Source of the DNA: Podarcis vaucheri
Lineage: Eukaryota
Strand: one strand, 5' to 3'
Assembly (NCBI GenBank): GCA_965113315.1
Contig: OZ220368.1
DNA: 64,000 nucleotides
Each line of letters starts with the position of its first letter. Within the stretch, counting starts at the first letter, position 1. Below, in pieces: positions 26,559 to 38,306 of this stretch. A model generated the notes under the pieces. The model worked only from the letters and a program-made list of their open reading frames with translations, did no database searches and was not told the origin of the DNA. Both the position numbers and the translations under genes were made by a program.

Positions 26559-26656
26559 TATATCCTAAAATATTAATTCTATTTTACATAACGTGAAATA
26601 ATTGTTGCATGTTATTGTTTTGCTATACCTCATTGCTACTTCTTTTGCTTTTCCAG

Positions 26657-26758
26657 ATGAATGGGAGAAACGATGGGTTCAATCTAAACATAGATCTGAT
26701 TATGGTAAATTTCGTGTTGCATCAGGAAGGTTTTATGGAGATAGAGAAAAAGATAAAG
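26657..26758 (+). CDS. CALR4: CALR4-like exon 2
   Basis: ttttccag|AT GAA TGG...GAT AAA G|gtaaaa; (D)EWEKRWVQSKHRSDYGKFRVASGRFYGDREKDK; 102 nt as in CALR exon 2. Confidence 0.95.
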
Positions 26759-28093
26759 GTAAAATAATGCATTCTCCCATCCCCCAGGTTGTGAAAAATG
26801 AGATTTGTGACTGAATGCATGCCCTCATTCACTTTTATTCCATTATTGACACAATATTGGCTAGTAATAAAACATCTGCATAACTGTCTATAAAACATCT
26901 ACATAACTAGTGGTGGGCTAGAGAGCAGGGTTTCTGCATCTGAGCAAATTTGTGTCAGTGCAAATAGATCCTACAAGTAATGTGATCCCACACATTTAGC
27001 TCTTTAAAAGTCAAACCAGCACTTTAAATTGAGCCCATAAATAGTCAGTCAATGTAACTGGTGTAGAATGAGTGTAATATGATCCAATATGCCCAAATCG
27101 CACGAGATCCTGGTAGCTGCGTTCTATACCAGTTGGATTTTCTGGGCCACATGTAAAGGCAGATCTATAGAGAGAGCATTACAGTGGCCTAGTCCAGATG
27201 TAACCAGTGAGTGTGTTACTTTTTTCCTAAGATAGGGTCAAGTTAAAATGACAAAAGGCACTCCTAGCCACCTGTGCTAGTAAAGATGATAAATTGGATC
27301 CCTGTAGATTTAAGGCAGGAGTGGGGAACTGGATCTGACCAGTAGGAGGCTACCCACCAGTTGTTTTCCCTGACATTGTTAAAAGAAGAAGCTGATCAGT
27401 AGTTAGAGCAACCACTTTTGAAGAAGCTCTTTCAGTGACTGTCAGCTGATTGGAGCTGGGAGCATGCCTTCAAAGAGACTGTTTATTGGTGGTTATAGGG
27501 AGTCCCTTCAAAGTCTCTGCAGGGGGGGGGGAAATGCTCCTAAAAACAGCATTTTCCCCTCTACCTAGAAAGTGACATGGGTTTAAAGCACTTCTTCCAG
27601 TGCTCTGAATTCAGACTGCTTCCTCTGGGGGGGGGGGGAAGCATGCTATTGCAGCGAATGCCATCTGATTCTTGGGACTGACTGCACTTTGAAGCTCCAA
27701 TGATCAGCTGATTGTCAGCTGCACAGGGCTTTCTGTTCAAGCACCAACAATCAGTGGTTATAGGTGCTTGAACTTTTGTTTTCCCTTTTTCCAGACATCT
27801 CCATTTTCTCTTTGTTTATTTCCCGATTAATGTACAGGCTCTGTAAATTGTTTCTTGACTAATATTTATGCAAGTTTCTAACTTCCCAGAGTAATCAACA
27901 GTGGTATTTTGTATATTGGTGGTCTTCTCTTGTTAACAGTATAACTGGCAAGAGGTTATTTAATATTCATATCCTACATAACGCTAGACAGTCTTTGCGG
28001 TTATATTATTATAACCATAGTAAGGACAGGATTTTGTGAAAGTACAATAAGTTGTTTAAACCATAGTTCTAGATCTTTGATTTAATTTTACAG

Positions 28094-28297
28094 GTCTGAA
28101 GGCAACTGAAGACACTAAGTATTATGCAGTGTCAGCAAGGTTTCCACCCTTCAACAATGAAGGTCAGACGTTAGTGCTTCAGTATACAGTAAAATATGAC
28201 CAACATGTTGATTGTGGTGGTGCCTATGTTAAACTTTATTCTGCAGACCTGGTTCAAGAGGTTATGAATGAAGATTCTGAATATTATATTATGTTTG
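28094..28297 (+). CDS. CALR4: CALR4-like exon 3
   Basis: tttacag|...|gtaagt; GLKATEDTKYYAVSARFPPFNNEGQTLVLQYTVKYDQHVDCGGAYVKLYSADLVQEVMNEDSEYYIMF; 204 nt; calreticulin signature motif. Confidence 0.96.
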
Positions 28298-29430
28298 GTA
28301 AGTTCTCAACATGTCTTATTAGTCAGCAGTCAAAGCATATCCATTTTTACAGTGCAATCCAAGAGAGAATTGGGCTTAGCACTATAAGGAAATTTCTGTT
28401 TTCATATTTTTTGAGTCTACATCACTGTATATATCAGTGGCTGCACACAATTCTGTGCCATGACTTATGATTTAGTCAACTATCTGGTGCAGAAAGCTCA
28501 AGAGCGCCTACCATACTCTTCCGGTAGTCAAATGAGGAAACACACAACAGAGCAGTTGGCTTATCATTACACTGGAATCAGCTCTTCTGGTTTGTTTTTC
28601 TCCAGAAAACCAAAATGTGAAGCCAAGTTCTTGACTTCCCAAACATTGTTTATTTGGAGAGAAAAACCCCAAGAATTGGTTTGGGGATAATGTTAAGCTC
28701 AATGGTTTGTTTCCCCACTCAACTAAGGAAGAAGCAGAGTGGGAGCACATGGGATGCATGCACCAGCATGCACCTTGTGCACTGGTTAGCTTACTAAACC
28801 ATAATTAATAGCTCAGTATTATGGGCAAACACAGCCAGTTTTTGCTTCCTTATGTTTTGCAAAATATATTCAATGAGCTGACAAGGTTGCTGGATCAGGG
28901 TGAAGTCTTCCAGGGAGCTTACAAGCAGGGCATGAAGTCAACAGCTCGCCTCTGCTGCCCCATTGTATGGTGCCAACATTTGATATTGTCTCTGAAGATT
29001 TAATTTAGCTATACACAGCATCAGACCATGAACATAAATCTGAACTTTTTAAAAGCTACTGAAAGTAGTAGCTATCAACCCTTTTGACATCTTTTTTTAA
29101 AACTTCCTGGCAATCAATGTGTCTAACACTTTGCTTATTACTTACAATTTTTGAAAACTGCTCTTTCATCTCCCATGTATGTTGTCTTGAGAGTTAGAAG
29201 TAGTGGGATTAAAATGGTTTTAAAATATTAAAATGTTGGTTGCAAGGGACAGGAAGTAAGTAAGTCACCTTCCACGTTTGGAGAAGAAGAAGAAGAAGAG
29301 GAAGAATAAAGTACTATTAACAGCAATTTCTAAATCAGTGGTCAAACTATCATTAAATGACTTATATTTGTGCAGGTGGAATTCTGATCCAAGTCAATTG
29401 GGTTTTTAGAGCACTGTTGTTTTCTCCTAG

Positions 29431-29525
29431 GTCCAGATATATGTGGAGAAGACAAAAAGATAGTGCAGGTTATCTTCAACTATAAAGATGATTATTATTT
29501 GATCAAAAAAAACATCACATGCGAG
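29431..29525 (+). CDS. CALR4: CALR4-like exon 4
   Basis: ctcctag|...|gtatga; GPDICGEDKKIVQVIFNYKDDYYLIKKNITCE; 95 nt. Confidence 0.95.
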
Positions 29526-29672
29526 GTATGATCAGTATTTTTTTGGTATCTGAGAAGCATTGTTGATTTCTAAACTTTGTTGCTAGTTTTCCTCTACTAA
29601 TTGCATTTTTTGTATCTTTCTGTCTTGCTAAAATTCTACTTTCCACACACAAGCAACAGTGAAAAACCCATA

Positions 29673-29951
29673 CAGTGGTGCCTTGCAAGACGAAATTAAT
29701 CCGTTCCGCGAGTCTCTTCGTCTTGCGGTTTTTTCGTCTTGCGAAGCACGGCTATTAGCGGCTTAGCGGCTATTAACAGCTTAGCGGCTTTAAGAAAAAG
29801 GAAACAAACTCGCAAGAACTCGCAAGACGTTTCATCTTGCGAAGCAAGCCCATAGGGAAATTTGTCTTGCGGAACAACTCAAAAAACGGAAAACTCTTTC
29901 GTCTTGTGCGTTTTTCATCTTGCGAGGCATTCGTCTTGCGAGGTACCACTG
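29673..29951. mobile_element. Tc1/mariner MITE, family A
   Basis: Second copy of the 23518 element; TA TSDs and TIRs. Confidence 0.88.
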
Positions 29952-30762
29952 TAGCTGAAGTCTGGGTCAAGTAGTGTTTTTGAAACTAACAGTAACATAT
30001 ATTACAATTATGTTGGCGAGTAAGGGATAGTTTAACTATGGTTTAATGTTAATGAAAAGTGCTAGTGCATGCTGCTCAAAAAGTCCTCAACTGATTCACC
30101 GCAACTCATTCACTGTTGCTCCTGACCACACTGCACCAGGACCAACAAGCTACAAGCATTGGCATGTTATATTATCTAAATCAAGATTGTAGTTTGTTTG
30201 GAGAGAACATGAGCAGCAGGTTTGTTTCAGGGAAATCAACTACAAGTCTGGATTTCACATTCCATTTCTTTTGTTGATACGTATTGTTACTGGGACCATG
30301 CAAGCATGCTGGAGCTTTGTTCTGCTTTGCTCTTCCCTGGACTGAGTGTGGTGCAGCAACTAAGCCAAAGTTTTGCTTAATGTGTCCTCTGAACCCAGGA
30401 TCATGGTTAAGCTATGAACCCAGTATCATGGTTAAGTTGTAGCCAAGAACAAACATTGGCTGATGGGCACCAATCATTATGGTTGCCACTCTTGCATCCT
30501 AGGCACCATTTACTTTTGACACACAACCCAAGAAGCAAGGGAAATAGCTCTCACCAACCAATAATAAGTACCATGGCATGTCCTCAATTTTCTGGCCTCC
30601 AAACTCTTCAAGCAGTGATTGAGTAGATAATCAGTATGCCATTTTTTTCATTTAGTTTATATTCTGTTGCAACATTTAACAAGGAAAACCATCAGTCAGT
30701 TTGGAATATGAGAAAAGAACTCTCTACTTATGTAATAATCTTTATTATTTTTCTTTTTCGAG

Positions 30763-30972
30763 ACCGATGACTTTACCCATCTCTACACTTTGATACTACG
30801 TCCAGATTTAACATATGAAGTGAAAGTTGATAATTATGTTGCTGAGGCTGGCTATCTAGAAGATGACTGGGACTTCCTTCCTCCAAGGAAGATAGTTGAT
30901 CATGAAATGGCAAAACCTGACTACTGGGATGAAAGGGAGCTTATTGAAGATCCCATGGACAAGAAACCAGAT
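30763..30972 (+). CDS. CALR4: CALR4-like exon 5 (end of N-domain, start of P-domain)
   Basis: tttttcgag|ACCGATGAC...|gtaaag; [70 protein letters not shown]; 210 nt. Confidence 0.95.
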
Positions 30973-32037
30973 GTAAAGTTTCAGTATAATGGTTTCTCTT
31001 TCTATATAGATATATATGTACATTAAAGCTGTCTACTTCCCCAGTTGCATTCTGTCCACTGACCATCTCTTGTTGTCTCAGTTGAAGTCAGTGGGTGTTG
31101 CAGCTGTGCTTATAATTCTATGATTTGCTCCAACAACAGTCTGATATCCATCATTTCCTTTCTATTATTTCTATTATTAAATAATTCTTACTTCAGTCAA
31201 TTTCACAATGGTAGCTAATTATTACTTCCATTTAGCAAATGGAGGAGCTGAGGCAATATATGATCATTTACTTGCCTGGGGCTGAGTTGGGTTAAACTCT
31301 AAAATCAATTCTGCACCTCAGTGACATTTGTCTTCGCCTTTACAGACAAATGTCTGCACCCAAGCAAACATTTATACATTCTTTATACACAAAGCAGCAT
31401 ATGTCACTTTTGCCAGGACTTCTTACTTCACCTGACCAGATGAGGGCATAGATGGCAAATACCCAAGTCTCATAGATAGTTCCCCATTCTGGACTCAAAC
31501 CCCAGCACCTCAAGCCCACAGATAAGGATAACATCAAAACAAGCCAATTAACTTATATCAAAGGAAGTGAGTATGAACATACATGAGCTCATTGTTACAT
31601 CAACTACCAATTAATTGTGGGGTTATATTGACTACCAAGATGGTGTTTGCAGTGCTTCTAGAACAGTTCACCTTTGGTTCAACACAAAGTTCAATACAGT
31701 ATATGTCTATCACGGGATTAATAAAAACAAATTTCCATGCCTGGTAGTTGTTGCAGTGAATTTTGTTGAATGCCACAGAACCTAAAAGCTTGTTAAGTGT
31801 GGTAACATATGAAATGCTAGATGATAACAGAAAACAATATAATAACCAATACTTATTTTTATGTATTTATTTACATTTATATTTTGCTACTCTTCCAGCA
31901 CGGAACTCAACTTACTAATTGGTCAATGTGATATTAAATGAGCAAGCATTTTAATAAACTGTCAGGATTATCTTGCTGCTAAAATACATGTTTGAGAAAA
32001 CAATCTTTATTGATTATATGAATGCATACTGTTTTAG

Positions 32038-32151
32038 GATTGGGATCAGCCAGAAAGAATTCCTGACCCAAATGTCACGAAGCCAGATGACTGGGATGAA
32101 GAAATGGATGGAGAGTGGGCACCACCATCGGTTCCAAACCCGGAGTACAGA
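32038..32151 (+). CDS. CALR4: CALR4-like exon 6 (P-domain tip)
   Basis: gttttag|...|gtaagc; [38 protein letters not shown]; 114 nt. Confidence 0.96.
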
Positions 32152-33891
32152 GTAAGCTTGGTATAGGTCTGCATAATAATAAATGCAGAGACTTAGATGG
32201 TAAACAGTAGGGGTCGTATACCCAGAGTAGACCCATTTAAATGGATAGATTTAAGTTAGTCAAGTCCATTGAATTCAGTAAGTCTCTGAGTATGACTTAG
32301 TCCAGGGATTGTCTACCTGGTGCCAAGTTTGTTTCCCTTGAGCATCTTTGGTTTTTGGTTTTGTTTTCAAAAAATAGGCATTTCCTTTACCCATGGAGGA
32401 ACTTTTCTAACGGGTGGGGTTTCTCAGTGATATTCTGTGTTGAGAGAGATGTATTTTTTTTGGGGGGGGAGTCACACATATGGCATTTGTGTGAGGTCCA
32501 GGGATGAGGGAGCAGCAGTGACTGCACTCTCTAATCTTGTCTTATGCCATACCGCCATAGCAGCCATTTTGTAACAGGCACCCACAGCACTTCCTCAGAA
32601 TTCAAAGTGTGCTCACTGGTCCAAAAAGGTACCATGTTTAACCTGAGGCATTTTATCTTACTACCTACTCTCCTGTTCAGTCTTTCTGAATCTACCTTCA
32701 TTTGGCTTTGCCTGTATTTCTCAAGTCCCCCATCCTTAAATGCCATCTCTTGTACCAGTATCTCCCTTCAAGCAGCTATATCCCATCACTTACTAAGCCC
32801 TCAAATAGGTACTGCTTTCTCTGTTTTTCTTGCTGCTCTCTTTTTGACCCACTGGTTTGGATTCCTCTTTCTCTTTCTCTCTCTTTCTTTACCACTTCCA
32901 AGTAGTTGCTGTCTCCAGTCTGCTTTTCATCCTCTCTACTGACTGTTGAAATCATTGTCTATGCTTTTCTTCCATTACCACAATTGTCACATAGTATTTT
33001 TAAGTCCTTGCAGAACTTTTACCCACCTTATATTATCAGTTTCAACCCTTTAGTTTTGTAGCTTTTAGTTTTGCAGCTCAAATCCGTGGTTGTGTCTCCA
33101 CTCTCACTGCTTTTTCCATCACTTCTTGCTTTCTCCATTCTATTCACACCTCATCAGCTCCCCCCGCCCTCCTGTTTCCATTCCTGTCCCCCTCTCCCAC
33201 ATGTATTCAGGGGTGTGTGGAGGGGGCGGTCTGCCCCGGGTGCCACTCTAGGGGGGGGGTGACAAGATGGCCCCTGCCTCCCCCCAACTGTAGAGCGGCC
33301 AAGGGCGTGTGCAGTCCATATGGGCTGCCGTTCTCATGCACTGTCCATATGGGCTGCTGCGCGTGCGCACGTACAGCTGCATCCCGTGCAGTCGTCACAC
33401 ACGTGCAGTCCATACAGGATGCTGCACATGCACACTCCGTACAGGCTGCCCCACCCCAGGTACCGGAGAGGGTTCCTCCGCCACTGCTTGTATTATCTTC
33501 AAATTAAGACAAAATCTGTAGCTCTCCAGTTGTTGCTAGACTCCAACTCCCATAAGCCCCAGCCAACATAGTATGGAAGGGATGTTGAGAAGTGGGAAAC
33601 CAACAACATATGGGCGGCTACTTCCCCATCCTAGTGAAATCATTGTTAAAGTACAAGTCAATGGTATATAATTAGTTTTACTTATTGTAAAATAAAGCTT
33701 CTGTTGGCATTATCACTATGAAAGGCCCACACTCAAAACTGTAAATAATGTGTCAGTACATATTTAGCAAATGATGATAATACATTCCATATTGTTATTT
33801 TTCTTTCACTAGACTTAGCAAATATTTATTTTGACTAAATTGGGTTTGGGGGGAAATAAACTTCAAGCTTGTCTCAATTGTTCTTTTTTAG

Positions 33892-34035
33892 GGAATTTGG
33901 AAGCCCCGTATAATCAAAAATCCCAATTATAATGGCATATGGGTTCAGCCATTAGTTGATAATCCAGAATACACACCTGATCCTAATCTTTACAAGTATT
34001 TCAACATCAGTGTCATTGGTTTAGAAATTTTACAG
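33892..34035 (+). CDS. CALR4: CALR4-like exon 7
   Basis: ttttttag|...|gtatgt; GIWKPRIIKNPNYNGIWVQPLVDNPEYTPDPNLYKYFNISVIGLEILQ; 144 nt. Confidence 0.96.
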
Positions 34036-34211
34036 GTATGTATTTTATAGAGTTTTCAGAAATAATTCCTTAACTGGAAAGATAATTCTTATTACAGAGT
34101 CTAGTTGTATTCTGTACCATTATGAGGGAAAAGCTGTCCAATTTTCTAATTTGAATCATTCACAGGAGAAAAATAGCATTAGCAACCCATTCATTTTGAA
34201 AATATGATATA

Positions 34212-34441
34212 CAGTGGTACCTCAGTTTACAAACTTAATCTGTTCCAGAAGTCCGTTCTTAAACCGAAACCATTCTTAAACCGAGGTGCGCTTTCGCTAA
34301 TGAGGCCTCCTGACGCCGGTGCACTTCCACCATTCGGATTCCGTTCTTAGACCGAGGTAAAGTTCATAAACCGGGACACTACTTCCGGTTTTAAACCGAA
34401 TCGTTCTTAAACAGGACTGTTCTTAAACCGAGGTACCACTG
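34212..34441. mobile_element. Tc1/mariner MITE, family B variant
   Basis: cagtggtacctcagttta...taaaccgaggtaccactg TIRs. Confidence 0.82.
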
Positions 34442-34805
34442 TGTTGTGTTTCCCATTTGCAGCATTTGCAATTAATTCAAACGACTGCATGGTCATCTAT
34501 AGAATCTGCTTCAGTGGTGATCTTCACACCATGTGCTCTAGAGTAGGATTATTGTGGAGTAGATAATTTGAGAAGAATGGCCTCTGATATTAGAAGATTA
34601 TGATATAGCTGGATTGATGGGATGACAAACCTGTGTACTGGCTTTGAGTATGAACGCAATGTTAAATCTGAATTTATTAGAATAGGAGCACGCTAAATTG
34701 GTAGGCGCAGTGGAACTTACTTTTGACTTACATGTATATTGTTGAAATGTGGGGCTTTTAATGCAAAGCCTGTGACATCTGCAATCTGAGAATCATTTTT
34801 CATTA

Positions 34806-35039
34806 CAGTGATACCTCTGGTTACGAACTTAATTCGTTCTGGAGGTCCATTCTTAACCTGAAACTGTTCTTAACCTGAGGTACCACTTCAGCTAATGGGG
34901 CCTCCCGCTGCCACCGCCGCACGATTTCTATTCTCATCCTGAGGTAAAGTTCTTAACCCGAGGTACTACTTCTGGGTTAGCGGAGTCTGTAACCTGAAGC
35001 GTATGTAACCTGAAGCGTATGTAACCCGAGGTACCACTG
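34806..35039. mobile_element. Tc1/mariner MITE, family B
   Basis: Uninterrupted copy; TIRs and TA TSDs. Confidence 0.88.
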
Positions 35040-35477
35040 TAAAAGGCTCCAGATACCGTAACTAGATAAGCCTTCCTGATACAGGGAAACAGAACCATTT
35101 TGAATCTGGCTTCTAGTCTTCAGAAAACGAGACAGTTTCCTAAAGAAGAAATGGGGGCAATCACCTAATTACGTACCCTTTGCATGTCATGGTTGAATTC
35201 CAACCCGTTTTACCTAGTCCATGGCAAATAGAAATTGAATTATTTTTTTAATCAAAATTCTACAGAATGAAAACATAAACACAGTAGAATTAATATAAAC
35301 TTAATATAGATATGAAGCAACAGCTTTGGGACTGTATATATTTGCTTTCATCACAAAATGCTGAATTTCTGGTTGAAGGAATTGGTTAATATATTATGCA
35401 TGTGTGAGCTAGGAAGTTTTCCTCAAAATAACAATGAAATATTATATAGGCACGCTGCCATTTTCTATTGCTTGTTC

Positions 35478-35551
35478 ATATTTTATATTATTTTAGTATA
35501 CAGCAGGAAATAATATTTTATATTATTATTTTAGTATACAGAAGGAAATAA
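35478..35551. repeat. Tandem duplication of a ~35-38 bp AT-rich unit
   Basis: atattttatattattttagtatacagcaggaaata occurs twice, imperfectly. Confidence 0.8.
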
Positions 35552-36165
35552 ATTATTTTAAATAAATAGATAGCCACTTAATACAGGTTTGAGAAGAAAA
35601 TAATGCAGCTTTGTACAATCTCACTTCTAGAAACCATGTATCACCCATTCTTGCAGCATTGTATTGTAGCTATAGGGCAGGATTCACATAACTAGCCCCG
35701 TCAGCAGAAGCCCTGCACAAGGACTTCAACTTGCGCAATGGGGTTCCGTCCTCCTCTCCCTGTCAGCCCCTTAAAATTGGATGGAAGGAAGTGAGGAAAA
35801 CCCCCAGAACAGCATGTGGTGGGAGAAGAGAGGAGCTTGCTCTGTCTCACATTGAATTCCACCCATAGGTTTTGGGATTTTTTTGTATCACCTTTAATCA
35901 TTGTATCCAATGTTGTGCCCAATTTATATTGTGAGCTTTTTCTGGTGAAGCACCATTCTTGTTGGTATTAAATTCAGGCAGCGGTCATAACTCCATTACC
36001 TAATAATAAATGTCTCTGAATTCAACAGGTCTTACTTCTGAGTACACATAGTTGGACTTCCATTATCACAAGTATATATGGCTCACATATATGGCTCACA
36101 AATCTAGCTATATTGTGTTTACTTCAGTAACTCATTTTTCCCTTCTACCTTTTTAATTCCAACAG

Positions 36166-36258
36166 GGAAAGTCTGGCACAATCTTTGACAATTTTCTTAT
36201 CACAAATGATGAACAATATGCTGAAGATGCTGGGAATGAAATGTGGGGTCCCACATTT
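36166..36258 (+). CDS. CALR4: CALR4-like exon 8
   Basis: ccaacag|...|gtaagt; GKSGTIFDNFLITNDEQYAEDAGNEMWGPTF; 93 nt. Confidence 0.96.
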
Positions 36259-36916
36259 GTAAGTAACGTAATCACCATACAAGAGTGGCTGCATTGAGAT
36301 GGTGCAGAAGGGCTTTTGCTAGTATACCTGCACAGCTCCAGGTGTCCAGGCATTTGTATAATTACCATAAGAGCCTTGAACCCTGCAGCAGTCTCGCCAC
36401 TACATTCTGCACTACCTGGTTCAAGACCAGGCTCAAGGACTTCCCCACATAGAGTATACTGCAGTTATCAAGTCTTGAGGTTACTTATGCATGGACTCCT
36501 GTTATCATGATCCAGTTATTGTCATAGCTGGTGTACCAGACAAAGTTGGTAAAAGGCATTCCTAGCAGAGGTCACTTAGGCCTCTAACCACAGATTTGTA
36601 TCCAGGAATACCAGTACCTGGTTCTGATTGCTTTATGAAGCACCTGAGCCCTACTGCATTGGCAGAAGAATCCTCCTGTGGATTGATCCAGGCTGTTGGT
36701 TGCTGTTATCATTAGCTCATAAGAGAATTCCTCTAGCAATACAGTAAGGCTCAGATGCTTCATAAGGTAAAACAGGACCAGGATTCAATGGGGTATCTTT
36801 GCTGGTCTGAGGTACACTAAGGAAAATGTGGGTGAACAGGGGGTAAGTTGTAAAGCAAGCATAATTTGTGAGGGTACACAATATTCCATTACTATTCAAG
36901 AAATATGCCAAGTTCC

Positions 36917-36917
<1 letters not shown>

Positions 36918-36965
<48 letters not shown>

Positions 36966-37257
36966 TTATTATTTATACCCTGCCCATCTGGCTGGGTTTC
37001 CCCAGCCACTCTGGGCGGCTTCCAAAAGAATATTAAAATACTATTATACATCAAACATTAAAAGCTTCCCTAAACAGGGCTGCCTTCAGATGTCTTCTAA
37101 AAGTCTGGTAGTTGTTGTTCTCTTTGACATCTGGTGGGAGGGCGTTCCACAGGGAGGGCGCCACTACTGAGAAGGCCCTCTGCCTGGTTCCCTGTAACTT
37201 GGCTTCTCGCAGTGAGGGAACCGCCAGAAGGCCCTCGGTGCTGGACCTCAGTGTCTG
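36918..37257 (-). mobile_element. L2-like LINE 3' fragment with (TTA)n tail
   Basis: Peptide LRSSTEGLLAVP...RAFSVVAPSLWNALP...FRRHLKAALF; tail merges into the (AAT)15 microsatellite at 36918-36963. Confidence 0.85.
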
Positions 37258-38171
37258 ATCCTTACACATATCTGCTTGATACTATATCTTGTTAAGTTCA
37301 GTCAGTCTTGTTCGAGCAAGCTGTAATCCTGTGCACCCTTACCTAGAAGTAAATCTTGTTGAACATAGTAGGATTTACTTCTGTGTAAACATGAATAGAA
37401 TTATTAGACTGCACATCCTGCAGAGTTTAGTTAACCATAACTAGCACTAACAGGATTCATAAAATCAATACTATACCTACTGTACATAATATTTTTATAC
37501 ATAGAAGTAGCCAGTAAAGAACTGTAGAAATGCATGCTTCCATTATTACAGTGTAAGAAACAAAACTGATGTAGTTCCAAACATATTAAGATCTGCTTGA
37601 AAAACACAAGCTTTAGGTGTTAAGGGAAGCTAGTTAAATTCTTTTGAAATTATGAAGAACTCACTGAAAACTAAGGAATAAATGTACAAATGTAGCTGTA
37701 CAGATTGCACAAAAATAACAAAAAGCCAAGCAAGGTATATACAACACTAAAGAAAGTGACAAAAATATCTGAGGGTGGGAAAGTTTTCAGTGTTGCATCA
37801 CGTCTGATTATTAGGAATTTTCATAGTGACTTTAGATTGGGGGGAAATACCTTCAGAGTTAAGGCTTGAACCTACATTTTCAGTGTGAGGCCCTCTTTCT
37901 CACTGACTCTTTGCCAAGAAGGAAAGGGAGGCAGATTTCAAAAACAAATCTCTTACGGAAACTTATAGAAGTAAATGTCTGCATTTCATATTCTGGCTGT
38001 GACATTTACATTTTTTAAAAATTGACTCGAGGTAATGTATTCCTATAACCTTCATTTGGTCTTAACACATGGAATACTATTGAATAAGTTATTTGCAGCT
38101 TATTTATATTAATATTTAACATGGTTTTTCATCTTGCCAACATGCTTTACAATTCTTGTTTGAATAAACAG

Positions 38172-38306
38172 GAGAGAGAATGGAAGAGAAGACAGGGACA
38201 AGATGTTGTGTATAAAAAAATTAATGAAAATGAGGAACCGAAAGGAAAAGAAGGCAAGAAAGAAAAAAGGAAGAAAAAAGATCGCAATGTTAAAGATGAG
38301 CTCTAA
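38172..38306 (+). CDS. CALR4: CALR4-like exon 9 (C-tail with KDEL, stop)
   Basis: aaacag|GAGAGAGAATGG...; EREWKRRQGQDVVYKKINENEEPKGKEGKKEKRKKKDRNVKDEL*; phase 0 with exon 8. Total CDS 1248 nt = 415 aa. Confidence 0.92.
   Translation, partial: EREWKRRQGQDVVYKKINENEEPKGKEGKKEKRKKKDRNVKDEL

Noticed and set aside
26602-26656. Signal-peptide-like N-terminus (MLHVIVLLYLIATSFAFP) on the ORF containing CALR4 exon 2
   Set aside because: It starts at TTG, not ATG. The hydrophobicity comes from the intron's polypyrimidine tract, and a proper exon 1 exists at 24258-24408.
36828-37170. Poly-N/I/L ORFs (also at 26325 and 46753)
   Set aside because: Translations of (AAT)n microsatellites.
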